Assembly: GCF_035084215.1 (NCBI RefSeq)
Contig: NC_090366.1
Location: forward strand, 13,888,001 to 13,952,000
Origin: Heptranchias perlo
Taxonomy: Eukaryota
DNA: 64,000 nt
Direction of reading: 5' to 3'
Of this stretch, positions 49,748 to 62,899 are shown piece after piece. Made by a program: the position numbers and the translations under genes. The notes beneath the pieces were generated by a model. It ran no database searches. It was not told the origin of the DNA and was given only the letters and a program-made list of their open reading frames with translations. Each line of letters opens with the position of its first letter. Position 1 is the stretch's first letter.

Positions 49748-50470
49748 GTTCAGAGATGGGTTTCACCCTAAATCATTCACGAACCTGGAAAAGAAAATCA
49801 CAGCTTAGACATCAGAGGACACGACAGGCAACGCCTCCCCCACCCACACACTGGCCGCTCTTCATCGCTGAACCCTGACTGTCGACAAGATATTCAACCA
49901 CGGGGGGGCCACCTTTCGGATGAGACGCTAAACCGAGGCTCCCGTCTGCCCTCTCGGGTGGGACGTAAAAGATCCCACGGCCGCTATTTCGAAGAGGAGC
50001 AAGAGGGAGTTCTCCCCCGGTGTCCTGGGGCCGATATTTATCCCTCAATCAACATCACTGAAAAAAAAAAAACAGATTTTCCGGTCATTAACACATCGCT
50101 GTTTGTGGGATCTTGCTGTGCGCAAATTGGCTGCCGCGTTTCCCCCATTCCGACTCCCCCTGCTCTTCTTCGAAACAGTGGCCGTGGGATCTTTCACGCC
50201 CACCCGAAAAGGCAGACGGGAGCCTCGGTTTAACGTCTCATCCGAAAGTCAGCGCCTCCGACAGTGCAGTGCTGGCACTGGGGGAGCGTCGGCCTGGGTT
50301 TATGGGAGCTCCGGTCTCTGGAGTTGGGAGGCTCGAACCCACGACCTTCTGACCCAGAGGGGGGGAAGAGAGAGAGAGAGAGAGAGCGCTACTCACTGAG
50401 ACACGGCCCGACACACCAAAGCGGGAGAGGTCTAGACGTGGTTGAGACGGAGAAAGGATGATGCCCAACA

Positions 50471-50488
50471 GAAATGAGAAGTGAAAGG
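50471..50488. promoter_or_regulatory. Candidate PU.1/IRF composite-like or PRDM1-type motif GAAATGAGAAGTGAAAGG
   Basis: Motif match only, ~700 bp upstream of the Siglec leader exon in non-TE sequence. Confidence 0.3.
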
Positions 50489-50719
50489 GTTTTAACAGTG
50501 CGTACTGGAAAAAGTGAATTTCTCCACACAACAAGGCAAAGGCCCTCACATCCCTTCTGATCGCATTACACAATCCTATTTTACTTATAATGAGAGTTAC
50601 ACCATCATTCTTACACAATGCCCAGTCACACTGAATCTAGCACAGTCTGAACATTTGATTAACCCTTTTAAGAGATACTATTTTGAGGGGGGTGCGAGAG
50701 CAGAGAGACGCTAGTGGGG

Positions 50720-51422
50720 GGCATATTCACAAATCTCTGAAGGTGGCAGGGCAAGCTGTTAAGGTGGTTTAGAAAGTGTATGAGATACTTGACTTTGTAA
50801 ATAGGAACATTGAATACAAAAGCAGGGAAGTCATACTAAACCCTTCATAAAACACTGGTTGGGCCTCAGCTGGAGTATTGTGTCCAATTCTGGGCACCGC
50901 ACTTTAGGAAGGATGTCAAGGCCTCGGAGAGGGTGCGGAGGAGATTTACCAGAATGGGACCAGGGATGAGGGACTTCAGTTATGTGGAGAGACTGGAGAA
51001 GCTGGGATTGTTCTCCTTAGAGCAGAGAAGGTTAAGGGGAGATTTAATCGAGGCGTTCAAAATCATGAGGGGTTTTGATGGAGTAAATAAGGAGAAACTG
51101 TTTCCAGTGGCAGGAGGGTCGGTAACCAGAGGACACGGATTTAAGATAATTGGCGAAAGAGCCAGAGGGGGGAGATGGGGAGACATTTTTTCACACAGAG
51201 GGTAGTTATGATCTGGAACGCGCTCCCTGAAAGGACGGTGGGAGCAGATTGCATGGGAAGTTTCAGAAGGCAATTGGACATGTATCTGACGAGGACGAAT
51301 TTGCAGGGTTATGGGGAAAGAGCGGGGAGTGGGGACTAATTGGACAGCGCTTTCAAAGAGCCGGCACAGGCACGATGGGCCGAATGGCCTCCTCCTGTGC
51401 TGTCAGGTTGCATGATTCGATG
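50720..51422 (+). mobile_element. CR1 3' fragment inserted in the duplicated upstream block
   Basis: RRRFTRMGPGMRDFSYVERLEK. Confidence 0.85.
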
Positions 51423-51621
51423 AAATCCTAGGCTCTCTGGACAAGCCATTTCTCTCAGCTTTCGGCGCCCGCACGGGGGCAGCAAATGACGGCCCACTCA
51501 CGCCCATATCGCAGCCCACAAGTTGGAAGGGGGCGGGGACGGGGTCTGCGAGCAGGAAGAACGATTGAGTGGTGGGCACCCACAGAGAGGAGGCTTTCAC
51601 AGCAAGTAAGAGGGTGTGGTA

Positions 51622-52100
51622 AAGAAAGAGACTCCCATTTCTATCGTGCCTTTCACCACCTCAGGACGTCCCAAAGCGCTTTACAGCCAATGAAGTACTT
51701 TTGAAGTGTGCTCACTGTTGTAACGTAGGAAACGCGGCAGCCAATTTATGCACAGCAAGATCCCACAAACAGCAACGTAGTAATGATCAGATAATCTGTT
51801 TTTTAGTGATGTTGGTCGAGGGATAAATATCGGCCCCAGGACACCGGGGAGAACTCCCCCCTGCTCTTCTTCGAAATAGCGGCCGTGGGATCTTTTACGT
51901 CCCACCCGAGAGGGGCAGACGGGGCCTCGGTTTATCGCCTCATCCGAAAGACGGCCCCTCCGACAGTGCGGCGCTCCCTCAGTTCTGACACCGGGGAGTG
52001 TCAGCCTGGATTATGGGGCTCAAGTCTCTGGAGTGGGGGCTCGAACCCAAGACTTTGTGACTCGGAGGAGAGAGGCTGCGACCCACCTGAGTCACGGCCG
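51622..52100 (-). mobile_element. Deu-SINE with a single, unamplified 33-bp segment
   Basis: Complete SINE with one CCTCCGACAGTGCGGCGCTCCCTCAGT at 51957-51985. Confidence 0.85.
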
Positions 52101-52571
52101 ACGCACCAAAGGGGAGAGGTGTAGAAAGAAACTTTGGGTGCTGCTGCCTCACGCTTTGCCGCTGAGCAGAAGGAGGGAGAGACACACAAGTTGGAAGAGC
52201 ATAGAATGTCTGATGGAAGGTGGGGCTGCAGGAGATTGCTGAGATAGGGTGGAGTGTAGCAATGGAGCACCAGAGAAACAAGCAAATAAATTCTGGTGAC
52301 AAATTTCCTCAAACAATCGCAACAGATTTATTAATCCATGCCTTTGTCACTTTCAGGCTTAATATCTTCGACAGCACCTCCCAAACCCGCGTCGTCCGCC
52401 ACCTAGAAGGACAAGGGCAGCAGGCACATGGGAACACCACCACCTGCACGTTCCCCTCCGAGTCACACACCATCCCGACTTGGAAATATATCGGCCGTTC
52501 CTTCATCGTCGCTGGGTCAAAATCCTGGAACTCCCTTCCTAACAGCACTGTGGGAGAACCTTCACCACACG

Positions 52572-54346
52572 GGAGAAATTATAATGGGGAATAAGGAAAT
52601 GGCAGATGCGTTAAACAAATATTTTGTATCTGTCTTCACAGTAGAAGACACAAAAAGCATACCAGAAATGATGGGAAGCAAGGGGCTAATGAGAGCGAGG
52701 AACTTAAAGTAATTATTATCAGTAGAGAAAAAGTACTGGAGAAACTAATGGGACTAAAAGCCAATAAATCCCCTGGACCTGATGGCCTACATCCCAGGGT
52801 TCTATAAGAGGTGGCTGCAGAGATAGTGGGTGCATTGGTTTTGATCTTCCAGAATTCCCTAGATTCTAGAGCGGTCCCAGTGGATTGGAAGGTGGCAAAT
52901 GTAACCCCACTATTCAAGAAAGGAGGGAGAGAGAAAACAGGGAACTACAGGCCAGTTAGCCTGACATTAATAGTAGGGAAAATGCTGGAATCCATTATTA
53001 AGGACGTGGTAACAGGGCACTTAGAAAATCATAATATGATTAGGCAGAGTCAACATGGTTTTATGAAAGGGAAATCGTGTTTGACAAATTTATTAGAGTT
53101 TTTTGAGGATGTAACTAGCAGGGTAGATAAAGGGGAACCAGTGGATGTCGTATATTTGGATTTTCAAAAGGCATTCGATAAGGTGCCACATAAAAGGTTG
53201 TTACACAAGATAAGGGCTCATGGGGTTGGGGGTAACATATTAACATGGATAGAGGATTGGTTAACGGACAGAAAACAGAGAGTAGGGATAAACGGGTCAT
53301 TCTCAGGTTGACAGGCTGTAACTAGTGGGGTATCGCAAGGATCAGTGCTTGGGCCTCAGCTATTTACAATCTATATTAATGACTTGGATGAAGGGACCGA
53401 GTGTAATGTATCCAAGTTTGCTGACGATACAAAGCTAGGTGGGAAAGTAAGCAGTGAGGAGGACACAAAGAGTCTGCAGAGGGATATAGACAGGTTAAGT
53501 GAGTGGGCAAGAAGGTGGCAGATGGAGTATAATGTGGGGAAATGTGAGGTTATTCACTTTGGTAGGAAGAATAGAAAAACAAAATATTTTTTAAATGATG
53601 AGAAACTATTAAATGTTGGTGTCCAGACAGACTTAGGTGTTCTGGTACAAGAAACACAGAAAGTTAGCATGCAGGTACAGCAAGCAATTAGGAAGGCAAA
53701 TGGAATGTTGGCCTTTATTGTAAGGGGGCTGGAGTACAAGAGTGAGGAAGTCTTACTACAATTGTACAGGGCTTTAGTGGGACCTCACCTGGAGTACTGT
53801 GTACAGTTGTGGTCTCCTTATCTAAGGGAGGATATACTTGCCTTAGAGGCAGTGCAACGTAGGTTCACTAGATTAATTCCTGGGATGAGAGGGTTGTCCT
53901 ATGAGGAGAGATTGAATAGAATGGGCCGATATTCTCTGGAGTTTAGAAGAATGAGAGATGATCTCATTGAAACATATAAGATTCTGAGGGGGTTTGACAG
54001 GGTAGATGCTGAGAGGCTGTTTCCCCTGGCTGGAGAGTCTAGAACTAGGGGGCATAGTCTCAGGATAAGGGGTCGACCATTCAAGACTGAGATGAGGAGG
54101 AATTTCTTCACTCAGAGGGTTGTGAATCTTTGGAATTCTCTACCCCAGAGGGCTGTGGATGCTCAGTCGTTGAGTATAGTCAAGATTGAGATCAATAGAT
54201 TTTTGGACTCTTGGGGAATCAAGGGATATGGGGATTGGGCGGGAAAGTGGAGTTGAGGTTGAAGATCAGCCTCGATCTGATTGAATGGCGGAGCAGGCTC
54301 GAGGGGCCGAATGGCCGACTCCTGCTCCTATTTCTTATATTCTTAT
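52572..54346 (+). mobile_element. 5'-truncated CR1 LINE (RT domain, disabled by a frameshift and TGA at 53309) nested in another LINE's 3' end (52365-52571 / 54347-54460)
   Basis: NYRPVSLT, QHGFMKGKSCLTNL, YLDFQKAFDKV, KFADDTK; host sequence CACACGG|ACTGCAGCGG is split by the insert. Confidence 0.92.
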
Positions 54347-54839
54347 GACTGCAGCGGTTCAGGAAGGCAGCTCACCGCCACCTTCCCAGGGGGCAACTAG
54401 GGATGGGCAATAAATGCCGGCCTCGCCAGCGACGCCCACATCCCCAGAATGAATTGTTGAAAAGCCACTCCAACAACACCGGACTCACCTCAGCAGCCCA
54501 CGTTCCCACTTACACATTCCCCCACACACATCGCCATTAATTAATCTCCATTCCTCCGCTCTTCCAATTATGATTCCCTGTGCAAACCCCCACTTTACTC
54601 CTCCCCATCTCCACTGACACAAACACGGACACCGTCTCCCCACCGTTTAGAGCTCTCTTGCTGAAATTGCCCGGCTAAGTCGCCCCCTACTCTCTTCAAA
54701 TGGGCTTTCTGGCTATCTCTTCATTCCCTCTCCACCCTGCTGCGACTTGCAATAGATCCCTCCGTTTCTAAAGTACTCTGGGATGTTTCCTTATGTTTCA
54801 AGTATAAAGAGAGAGGGTACGATGCAGGAGATGCAAAAG

Positions 54840-55570
54840 GGAGAGGGTGGAGAACAGGAGAGAGAGAAGAGAACAGGAGAGGGGGAAGAGTACAGGAGAG
54901 GTGGAAGAGAGAGGGACGAGAACAGGAGAGGGGGAAGAGAGAGGGAAGAGGACAGGAGAGGGGGAAGAGAGAGGGAAGAGAACAGGAGGGGGGAAGAGTA
55001 CAGGAGAGGGGGAAGAGGACAGGAGAGGGGGAAGAGAGAGGGAAGAGGACAGGAGAGGGGGAAGAGAGAGGGAAGAGAACAGGAGAGGGGGAAGAGTACA
55101 GGAGAGGGGGAAGAGAGAGGGAAGAGGACAGGAGAGGGGGAAGAGAGAGGGAAGAGAACAGGAGAGGGGAAGAATACAAGAGAGGGGGAAGAGAGAGGGA
55201 AGAGGACAGGAGAGGGGGAAGAGAGAGGGAAGAGAACAGGAGAGGGGGAAGAGTACAGGAGAGGGGGAAGAGAGAGGGAAGAGAACAGGAGAGGGGGAAG
55301 AGTACAGGAGAGGGGGAAGAGAGAGGGAAGAGAACAGAAGAGGGGGAAGAGAGAGAAGAGATTGGGGGAAGGGACAGAGGTTATAGTGCAGGAGGGAGGG
55401 ATAGAAGACAGAGAAGGGAGTGGATAAGGAGATGTTAAGGAGGTGGGGTGGGAGAGAGGGAAGAGAGAGTTTAGAGCACAGGAGGGAGAGGAGTAGGAGA
55501 GGTTGACGAGAGGGAAAGGAGAGGGGTGGGAGGGGGGTAGGAGAGGGTAGAGTGCAGGAGAGGGAAAGGG
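54840..55570. repeat. Polypurine minisatellite (AGGAGAGGGGGAAGAGAGAGGGAAGAGAAC variants)
   Basis: Almost pure A/G on the + strand. Confidence 0.9.
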
Positions 55571-56084
55571 TCGGGAGGCAGAGAGTAAGAGCCCGAAAAC
55601 GAGTAATCTTTATACTCACGTGTCTTTAAAAGGATGTGAAGCCCACGATGGTCGAACTCATCGTGCTAAATCCCCTGGTCTCTCTCTCGAGAGAGAGATG
55701 GCGGGCGTTTCTGTACCGCAGGAGGGAACTGTTGAAGGTCTCAGTGTTCTCAGGTCCTTCACACCGTGTGAGACTAAGGGCGAGGGACCCAGGGTCACTG
55801 GGAAAACGGAGCATTAAGTGAGACACGGTGGGGTTTATTCAGAGCCTCCATACTGCAGGAATCTCCAAGCACGGAAGGTCCTGTCATGGGCCAGCCCAGT
55901 TGTCCCTCACATACCAACAATCTCCCTCCGCTACACATTGAAATTTCCTGCATCGATGTTTAAACTACAGGATCAGGAAATAACGGTTTCCTCTGGTGTT
56001 CCTTGTTCCATCACAGGCTCTGTGACTGTAAATGATGAAGTCATGTTCTTCATTTTAAAAACCAGTGTTCAAGATCTCCTCCTC

Positions 56085-56885
56085 CCGAGAGAAAGAGAGA
56101 GACAGACAGACGGAGAGAGAGAGACTGTGGGAGAGAGACTGAGAGAGAGAGATGTGAGAGAGACTGAGAGAAAGAGAGAGACTGTGAGAGAGACTGAGAG
56201 AGAGAGAGAGACTGTGAGAAAGAGAGAGACTGAGAGAGAGAGATGTGAGAGAGACTGAGAGAAAGAGAGACTGTGTGAGAGAGATGNNNNNNNNNNNNNN
56301 NNNNNNNNNNNNNNNNNNNNNNNNNNNNNNNNNNNNNNNNNNNNNNNNNNNNNNNNNNNNNNNNNNNNNNNNNNNNNNNNNNNNNNNNNNNNNNNNNNNN
56401 NNNNNNNNNNNNNNNNNNNNNNNNNNNNNNNNNNNNNNNNNNNNNNNNNNNNNNNNNNNNNGAGAGAAAGAGAGAGACTGTGAGAGAGACTGTGGGAGAG
56501 GCTGAGAAAGAGAGAGACTGTGAGAGAGCGACACTGAAAGATTGATTAAGAAAGAGAGAGACCATGAGAGAGACATTGTGAGAGAGAGACTGAGACTGTG
56601 AGAGACTGACACTGTGAGAGAGAGACTGCTAGTGAGAGACTGAGACTGTGAGAGACTGAGAGACACTGTGTGAGAGAGAGACTGAGACAGTGAGAGACAC
56701 TGTGCGTCTCATGGACCCTGTGAGAGAAAGAGACACAGACACTGTATCTGAGTCAATAGAAATAAAAACCGGGAGAGATGTAAAACAGGCTGCTGTCTCA
56801 CTATCACTGCCCTTACACCATCGCACAAAGTCAAAATCTACCCCACTGTGTGAGAGACAGAGTGAGACAGTGTGAGAGAGAGAGA
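56085..56885. repeat. (GA)n/GAGACT compound microsatellite containing and flanked by gaps
   Basis: Direct inspection. Confidence 0.9.
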
Positions 56886-57524
56886 NNNNNNNNNNNNNNN
56901 NNNNNNNNNNNNNNNNNNNNNNNNNNNNNNNNNNNNNNNNNNNNNNNNNNNNNNNNNNNNNNNNNNNNNNNNNNNNNNNNNNNNNNNNNNNNNNNNNNNN
57001 NNNNNNNNNNNNNNNNNNNNNNNNNNNNNNNNNNNNNNNNNNNNNNNNNNNNNNNNNNNNNNNNNNNNNNNNNNNNNNNNNNNNNNNNNNNNNNNNNNNN
57101 NNNNNNNNNNNNNNNNNNNNNNNNNNNNNNNNNNNNNNNNNNNNNNNNNNNNNNNNNNNNNNNNNNNNNNNNNNNNNNNNNNNNNNNNNNNNNNNNNNNN
57201 NNNNNNNNNNNNNNNNNNNNNNNNNNNNNNNNNNNNNNNNNNNNNNNNNNNNNNNNNNNNNNNNNNNNNNNNNNNNNNNNNNNNNNNNNNNNNNNNNNNN
57301 NNNNNNNNNNNNNNNNNNNNNNNNNNNNNNNNNNNNNNNNNNNNNNNNNNNNNNNNNNNNNNNNNNNNNNNNNNNNNNNNNNNNNNNNNNNNNNNNNNNN
57401 NNNNNNNNNNNNNNNNNNNNNNNNNNNNNNNNNNNNNNNNNNNNNNNNNNNNNNNNNNNNNNNNNNNNNNNNNNNNNNNNNNNNNNNNNNNNNNNNNGAG
57501 AGAGTGAGAGAGACAGTCTCTCAC

Positions 57525-58003
57525 TGGGTTGATTCCGGGTATGGAGGGGTTGCCTTATGAGGAAAGATTGAACAGGTTGGGTCTATACTCATTGGAGTTT
57601 AGAAGAATGAGAGGAGATCTTATTGAAACATACAAGATTCTGAGGGGACTCGATAGGGGAGATGCTGAGAGGATGTTACCCCTCATGGGGGAATCTAAAA
57701 CTAGGGGGCATAGTCTCAGAATAAGGGGTCACCCGTTTAAGACGGAAATGAGGAGGAATTTCTTCTCCCAGAGGGTCGTGAATCTTTGGAATTCTTTACC
57801 CCAAAAAGCTGTGGAGGCCGAGTCATTGAATACATTCAAGGCCGAGTTAGACAAATTTTTGATCAGCGAGGGAGTCAAAGGATATGGGGAAAGGGCGGGA
57901 AAGTGGAGTTGAGGTAAAAATCAGATCAGCCATGATCTCATTGAATGGCGAAGCAGGCTCGAGGGGCCGAATGGCCTACTCCTGCTCCTATCTTTTATGG
58001 TCT
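57525..58003 (+). mobile_element. CR1 3' fragment
   Basis: IPGMEGLPYEERLNRLGLYSLEFRR..GKWS. Confidence 0.88.
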
Positions 58004-58794
58004 NNNNNNNNNNNNNNNNNNNNNNNNNNNNNNNNNNNNNNNNNNNNNNNNNNNNNNNNNNNNNNNNNNNNNNNNNNNNNNNNNNNNNNNNNNNNNNNNN
58101 NNNNNNNNNNNNNNNNNNNNNNNNNNNNNNNNNNNNNNNNNNNNNNNNNNNNNNNNNNNNNNNNNNNNNNNNNNNNNNNNNNNGANNNNNNNNNNNNNNN
58201 NNNNNNNNNNNNNNNNNNNNNNNNNNNNNNNNNNNNNNNNNNNNNNNNNNNNNNNNNNNNNNNNNNNNNNNNNNNNNNNNNNNNNNNNNNNNNNNNNNNN
58301 NNNNNNNNNNNNNNNNNNNNNNNNNNNNNNNNNNNNNNNNNNNNNNNNNNNNNNNNNNNNNNNNNNNNNNNNNNNNNNNNNNNNNNNNNNNNNNNNNNNN
58401 NNNNNNNNNNNNNNNNNNNNNNNNNNNNNNNNNNNNNNNNNNNNNNNNCAGTGATTATTGTACTGTGGGTGAGACATGCTGTCTGCTCTCTGCTCACTTC
58501 CACAGACCCGGTCACGTCCTGAACGCAGGAAGACACAGACGGTGCCTCCCTTTCCTCGATTGTGGATATTTCAGCCCCGGCACAACTGCACAGCAAAGGC
58601 CTGGGAACGGGAGCCCGTTGTTTCCCTCCGCCTTCACTGACCAAGGTTTCACCCCCACACCAGCAGTAACTGGGCCCCCATCCCAGGCTGTGAAGCGACT
58701 GACTTTTATTTCAGTTTCATATTCAAACAAATTTTTGTCCCCTTCTGCTTAAATAAAACACATCGAAAGGTGAATTTTACATCTGGACTGCAGC

Positions 58795-59690
58795 AAAAGA
58801 ACTCCCATTTCTACAGCACCTTTCACCACCTCAGGACGTCCCAAAGCACTTTACAGACAATGAAGTACTTTTTGAAGTGTGGTCACTGTTTTAATGTAGG
58901 AAACGCAGCAGCCGATTTGCGCACAGCAAGATCCCACAAACAGCAATGTGATAATGATCAGATCATCTGTTTTTTTAGTGATGTTGGTTGAGGGATAAAT
59001 ATCGGCCCCAGGACACCGGGGAGAACTCCCCCCTGCTCTTCTTCGAAATAGTGGCCGTGGGATCTTTTACATCCACCTGAGAGGGCAGACGGGAGCCTGG
59101 GTTTAATGTCTCATTTGAAAGACGGCACCTCCGACAGTGCGGCGCTCCCTCAGTACTGACCCTCCGACAGTGCGGCGCTCCCTCAGTACTGCCCCTCCGA
59201 CAGTGAGGCGCTCCCTCAGTACTGCCCCTCTGACAGTGAGGCGCTCCCTCAGGACTGCCCCTCCGACAGTGCGGCGCTCCCTCAGTACCGACCCTCCGAC
59301 AGTGCGGCGCTCCCTCAGTACTGCCCCTCCGACAGTGAGGCGCTCCCTCAGTACTGACCCTCCGACAGCGCGGCGCTCCCTCAGTACTGACCCTCCGACA
59401 GCGCGGCGCTCCCTCAGTACCGACCCTCCGACAGCGCAGCGCTCCCTCAGTACTGACCCTCCGACAGCGCGGCGCTCCCTCAGCACTGACCCTCCGACAG
59501 CGCGGCGCTCCCTCAGCACTGACCCTCCGACAGCGCGGCACTCCCTCAGTACTGACCCTCCGACAGCGCGGTGCTCCCTCAGCACTGGGCACTGGGGGAG
59601 TGTCGGACTGGATTATGGGGCTCTGGAGTGGGACTTGAACACACAACCTTCTGACTCAGAGGCAAGACAGTGCTACTCACTGAGTCACAG
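58795..59690 (-). mobile_element. Full-length Deu-SINE with 33-bp array (~14 units)
   Basis: Tail, core, array, head. Confidence 0.85.
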
Positions 59691-60164
59691 CAAAGGGGAG
59701 AGGTCTAGACATGGCTGAGACGGAGTAAGGATGAACCCCAAACAGAAATGAGAAGCGAGAGGGTTTTGACAGTGCGTACTGGAACAGAGCAAAGTTCTCC
59801 ACATAACAAAGCGAAGGCCCTGACATCCCTTTTGATTGCATTACACGATCCTATTGATAAATTTATAATGAGAATTACACCATCATTCTTTCAGAGAGCC
59901 CAGCCACACTGAATCGAGCGCAGTCCAAACATTTCTCGGGGAAATTCTAGTCTCCCTGGACCAGGCCGTCTCTCTCAGCTTTTGGCGCCCACAATGGGAC
60001 ACCAATGTAGCGACCTGCAGATTAGACGGGGCCAGGATTATGGGGCTCAAGTCTCTGGGTGCGGGGGCTCGAACCCTCGACATTCTGACTCAGAGATGAG
60101 AGTTACTAACCACTGGGCCACGGATTTCACACCGACGCACGGAGAGATAACAGCCCATTACACG

Positions 60165-61215
60165 GGGGCATGGATAGGCTGAGTGAGTGGGCAAAACTGG
60201 GGCAGATGGAGTTCAACGTGGGAAAGTGTGAGGTCATCCACTTTGTACCCAAGAAAGATAGATCAGAGCATTTTCTAGATGGTGAGAAGCTCGGAACTGT
60301 GGAGGAGCGGAGAGATTCGGAGATCCAAGTACAGAAATCACTAAAAGCGACTGGACAGGTACAAAACATAATTTAAAAGGCGAATGGAATGTTGGCCTTT
60401 ATCTCGAGGGGGAAGTTAAGCTTCAGCTGCACAGAGCCTCGGTCAGACCCCCACCTGGAGAGACTGCGTTCAGTTCTGGGCACCGCACCTCAGGAAGGAT
60501 ATATTGGCCTTGGAGGGGGTGCAGGGCAGATTCACCAGAATGATACCCGGGGCTAAAGGGGGTTAAATTCCGAGGACAGGTCGCACAGACTGGGCTTGTA
60601 TTCCCTCGAGTGTAGAAGATTAAGGGGTGATCTAATCGAGGGGTTTAAGATGATTAAAGGATTCGATAGGGTCGATAGAGAGAAACTATTTCCTCTGGTG
60701 GGGGGACTCCAGAACAAGGGGGCAGAACCTTAAAATTAGAGCCAGGCCGTTCAGGGGTGATGTCGGGAAGCACTTCCTCACACAAAGGGGAGTGGGAATC
60801 TGGAACTCTCTCCCCCAAAAAGCTGTTGAGGCCGGGGGTCAATTGGAAATTTCAAAACTGAGATTGATCGATTTTTGTTGGGTGAGGGGATTAAGGGTTA
60901 CAGAACCAAGGCGGGTAAATGGGGTTAAGATACAGATCAGCCATGATTTAAGTGAATGGCGGAACAGGCTCGAGGGGCTGAATGGCCTCCTCCTGTTCCT
61001 ATGTAACAGAGTCAAGGGGCTGAATGGCCTCCAAAATCTCCAAAAAGCATTCATCCAGCAAGACAGTTATTGCTCTGGAGTTACATAGGAACAGGAGGAG
61101 GCCATTCAGCCCCTCGAGCCTGTTCCTCCATTCAATTAGATCATGGCTGATCCGTATCTTAACTCCATCTACCCGCCTTGGTTCCGTAACCCTTAATCCC
61201 CTCACCCAACAAAAG
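60165..61215 (+). mobile_element. Degraded CR1 3' fragment plus inverted copy of its 3' end
   Basis: DRLSEWAK..FNVGKCEVIHF; reverse-complement copy at 61080-61215. Confidence 0.85.
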
Positions 61216-61552
61216 TTGCCAGCCAAAGGATTGAAAATCTCACTCGCCCCTTTGCAGATCCTTTAAAGTGCCTCTTGAGCACGTTAGTCAGATGGTAATT
61301 CCTCTTTAAGAGCTGGGGGCCACTATCCTGCTCCCAGTATGAGTGTCTATAGCTGTGAGTGTAATGTGACTTCACCATCTGCTGGCAAGACTGGGTTTTT
61401 CAGACGAGGTATTTTTAAAAAAGAGACGTGCAATTATAAAGCGCCTTTAATGACCTCAGGAGCTCCCAAAGCGCTTTACAGCCAATGAAGTACTTTTGAA
61501 GTGTAGTCACTGTTGTAATGTAGGAATGAAATGGTGCCAGTTGGTCTCTCTG

Positions 61553-61584
<32 letters not shown>

Positions 61585-61599
61585 TCTCTCTCTCCTCGC

Positions 61600-62570
61600 T
61601 CTCTCTTTCTCATCTCTGAGTCAGAAGGTTGTGGGTTCGAGCCCCCACTCCAGAGACTTGAGCCCCGTAATCCAGGGCGGCACTCCCCGGTGCCCAGTAC
61701 TGAGGGAGCGCCGCACTGTCGGAGGGTCGGTACTGAGGGAGTGCCGCACTGTCGCAGGGTCAGTACTGAGGGAGCGCCGCACTGTCGGAGGGTCGGTACT
61801 GAGGGAGTGCCGCACTGTCGGAGGGTCAGTACTCAGGGAGCGCCGCACTGTCGGAGGGTCAGTACTGAGGGAGCGCTGCACTGTCGCAGGGTCAGTACTG
61901 AGGGAGCGCTGCACTGTCGCAGGGTCAGTACTGAGGGAGCGCTGAACTGTCGGAGGGTCAGTACTGAGGGAGCGCTGAACTGTCGGAGGGTCAGTACTGA
62001 GGGAGCGCTGCACTGTCGGAGGGTCAGTACTGAGGGAGCGCCGCACTGTCGGAGGGTCAGTACTGATGGAGCGCCGCACTGTCGGAGGGTCAGTACTGAG
62101 GGAGCGCCGCACTGTCGGAGGGTCAGTACTGAAGGAGCGCCGCACAGTCGGAGGGTCAGTACTGAGGGAGTGCCGCACTGTCGGAGGGTCAGTACTGAGG
62201 GAGCGCTGCACTGTCGGAGGGTCGGTACTGAGGGAGCGCCGCACTGTCGCAGGTGCCGTCTTTCAGCTGAGACATTAAACCGAGGGCCCCCATCTGCCCT
62301 CTCAGATCCCAAGGCCATTATTTCGAAGAAGAGCAGGGGGGAGTTCTCCCCGGTGTCCTGGAGCCAATATTTATCCCTCAACAAACATCGCGAAAAAAAG
62401 CAGATGATCTGGTCATTTATCACATTGCTGTTTGTGGGATCTTGCTGTGCGCAAATTGGCTGCTGCGTTTCCTACATTACAACAGTGAGCACACTTCAAA
62501 AAGTACTTCATTGGTTGTGAAACGTTTAGGGAGGTCCTGAGGTGGTGAAAGGCCCGATAGAAATGCAAGT
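61600..62570 (+). mobile_element. Deu-SINE with 33-bp array (~17 units)
   Basis: B-box head, array, core, tail. Confidence 0.85.
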
Positions 62571-62899
62571 TATTAATCCTCCAGGAGGTCCAGTCTTGAT
62601 CTGCGGGGCGATTCTGAGTGCTATAGGGTTCGCCCCAGTGTTGAACTCTGTGACCCAGCCGCAGTTCCCGTTTTAACTCGACGAAATGGGCTGTTTCAGC
62701 ACTAATCTCAGCTAGTTGCAAGCAAGGTCCTTTTTTTGTATCAACGCAGTCTCCCATCCAGTCTCACACTGTTGGACCATCAGTTTGAGGAACAGCCAGT
62801 CGAGATCGGGTAAGTTTAAGCAGACAATAATCTTCTCCCTCACACGATGCGTTTTCTGTCCCTTTGACACATCTGTTTGGACTCAGCACAACCTGCAGC

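Noticed and set aside
48847-49771. ORFs spanning X runs (also 56-58.7 kb)
   Set aside because: Assembly gaps.
54721-55619. Glu/Arg/Gly-rich and Leu/Ser/Pro-rich ORFs
   Set aside because: Polypurine low-complexity repeat.
58648-58682. MGAQLLLVWG on minus as a paralogous leader exon
   Set aside because: Too short, with an immediate stop or wrong-phase weak donor, and no similarity to the real leader.
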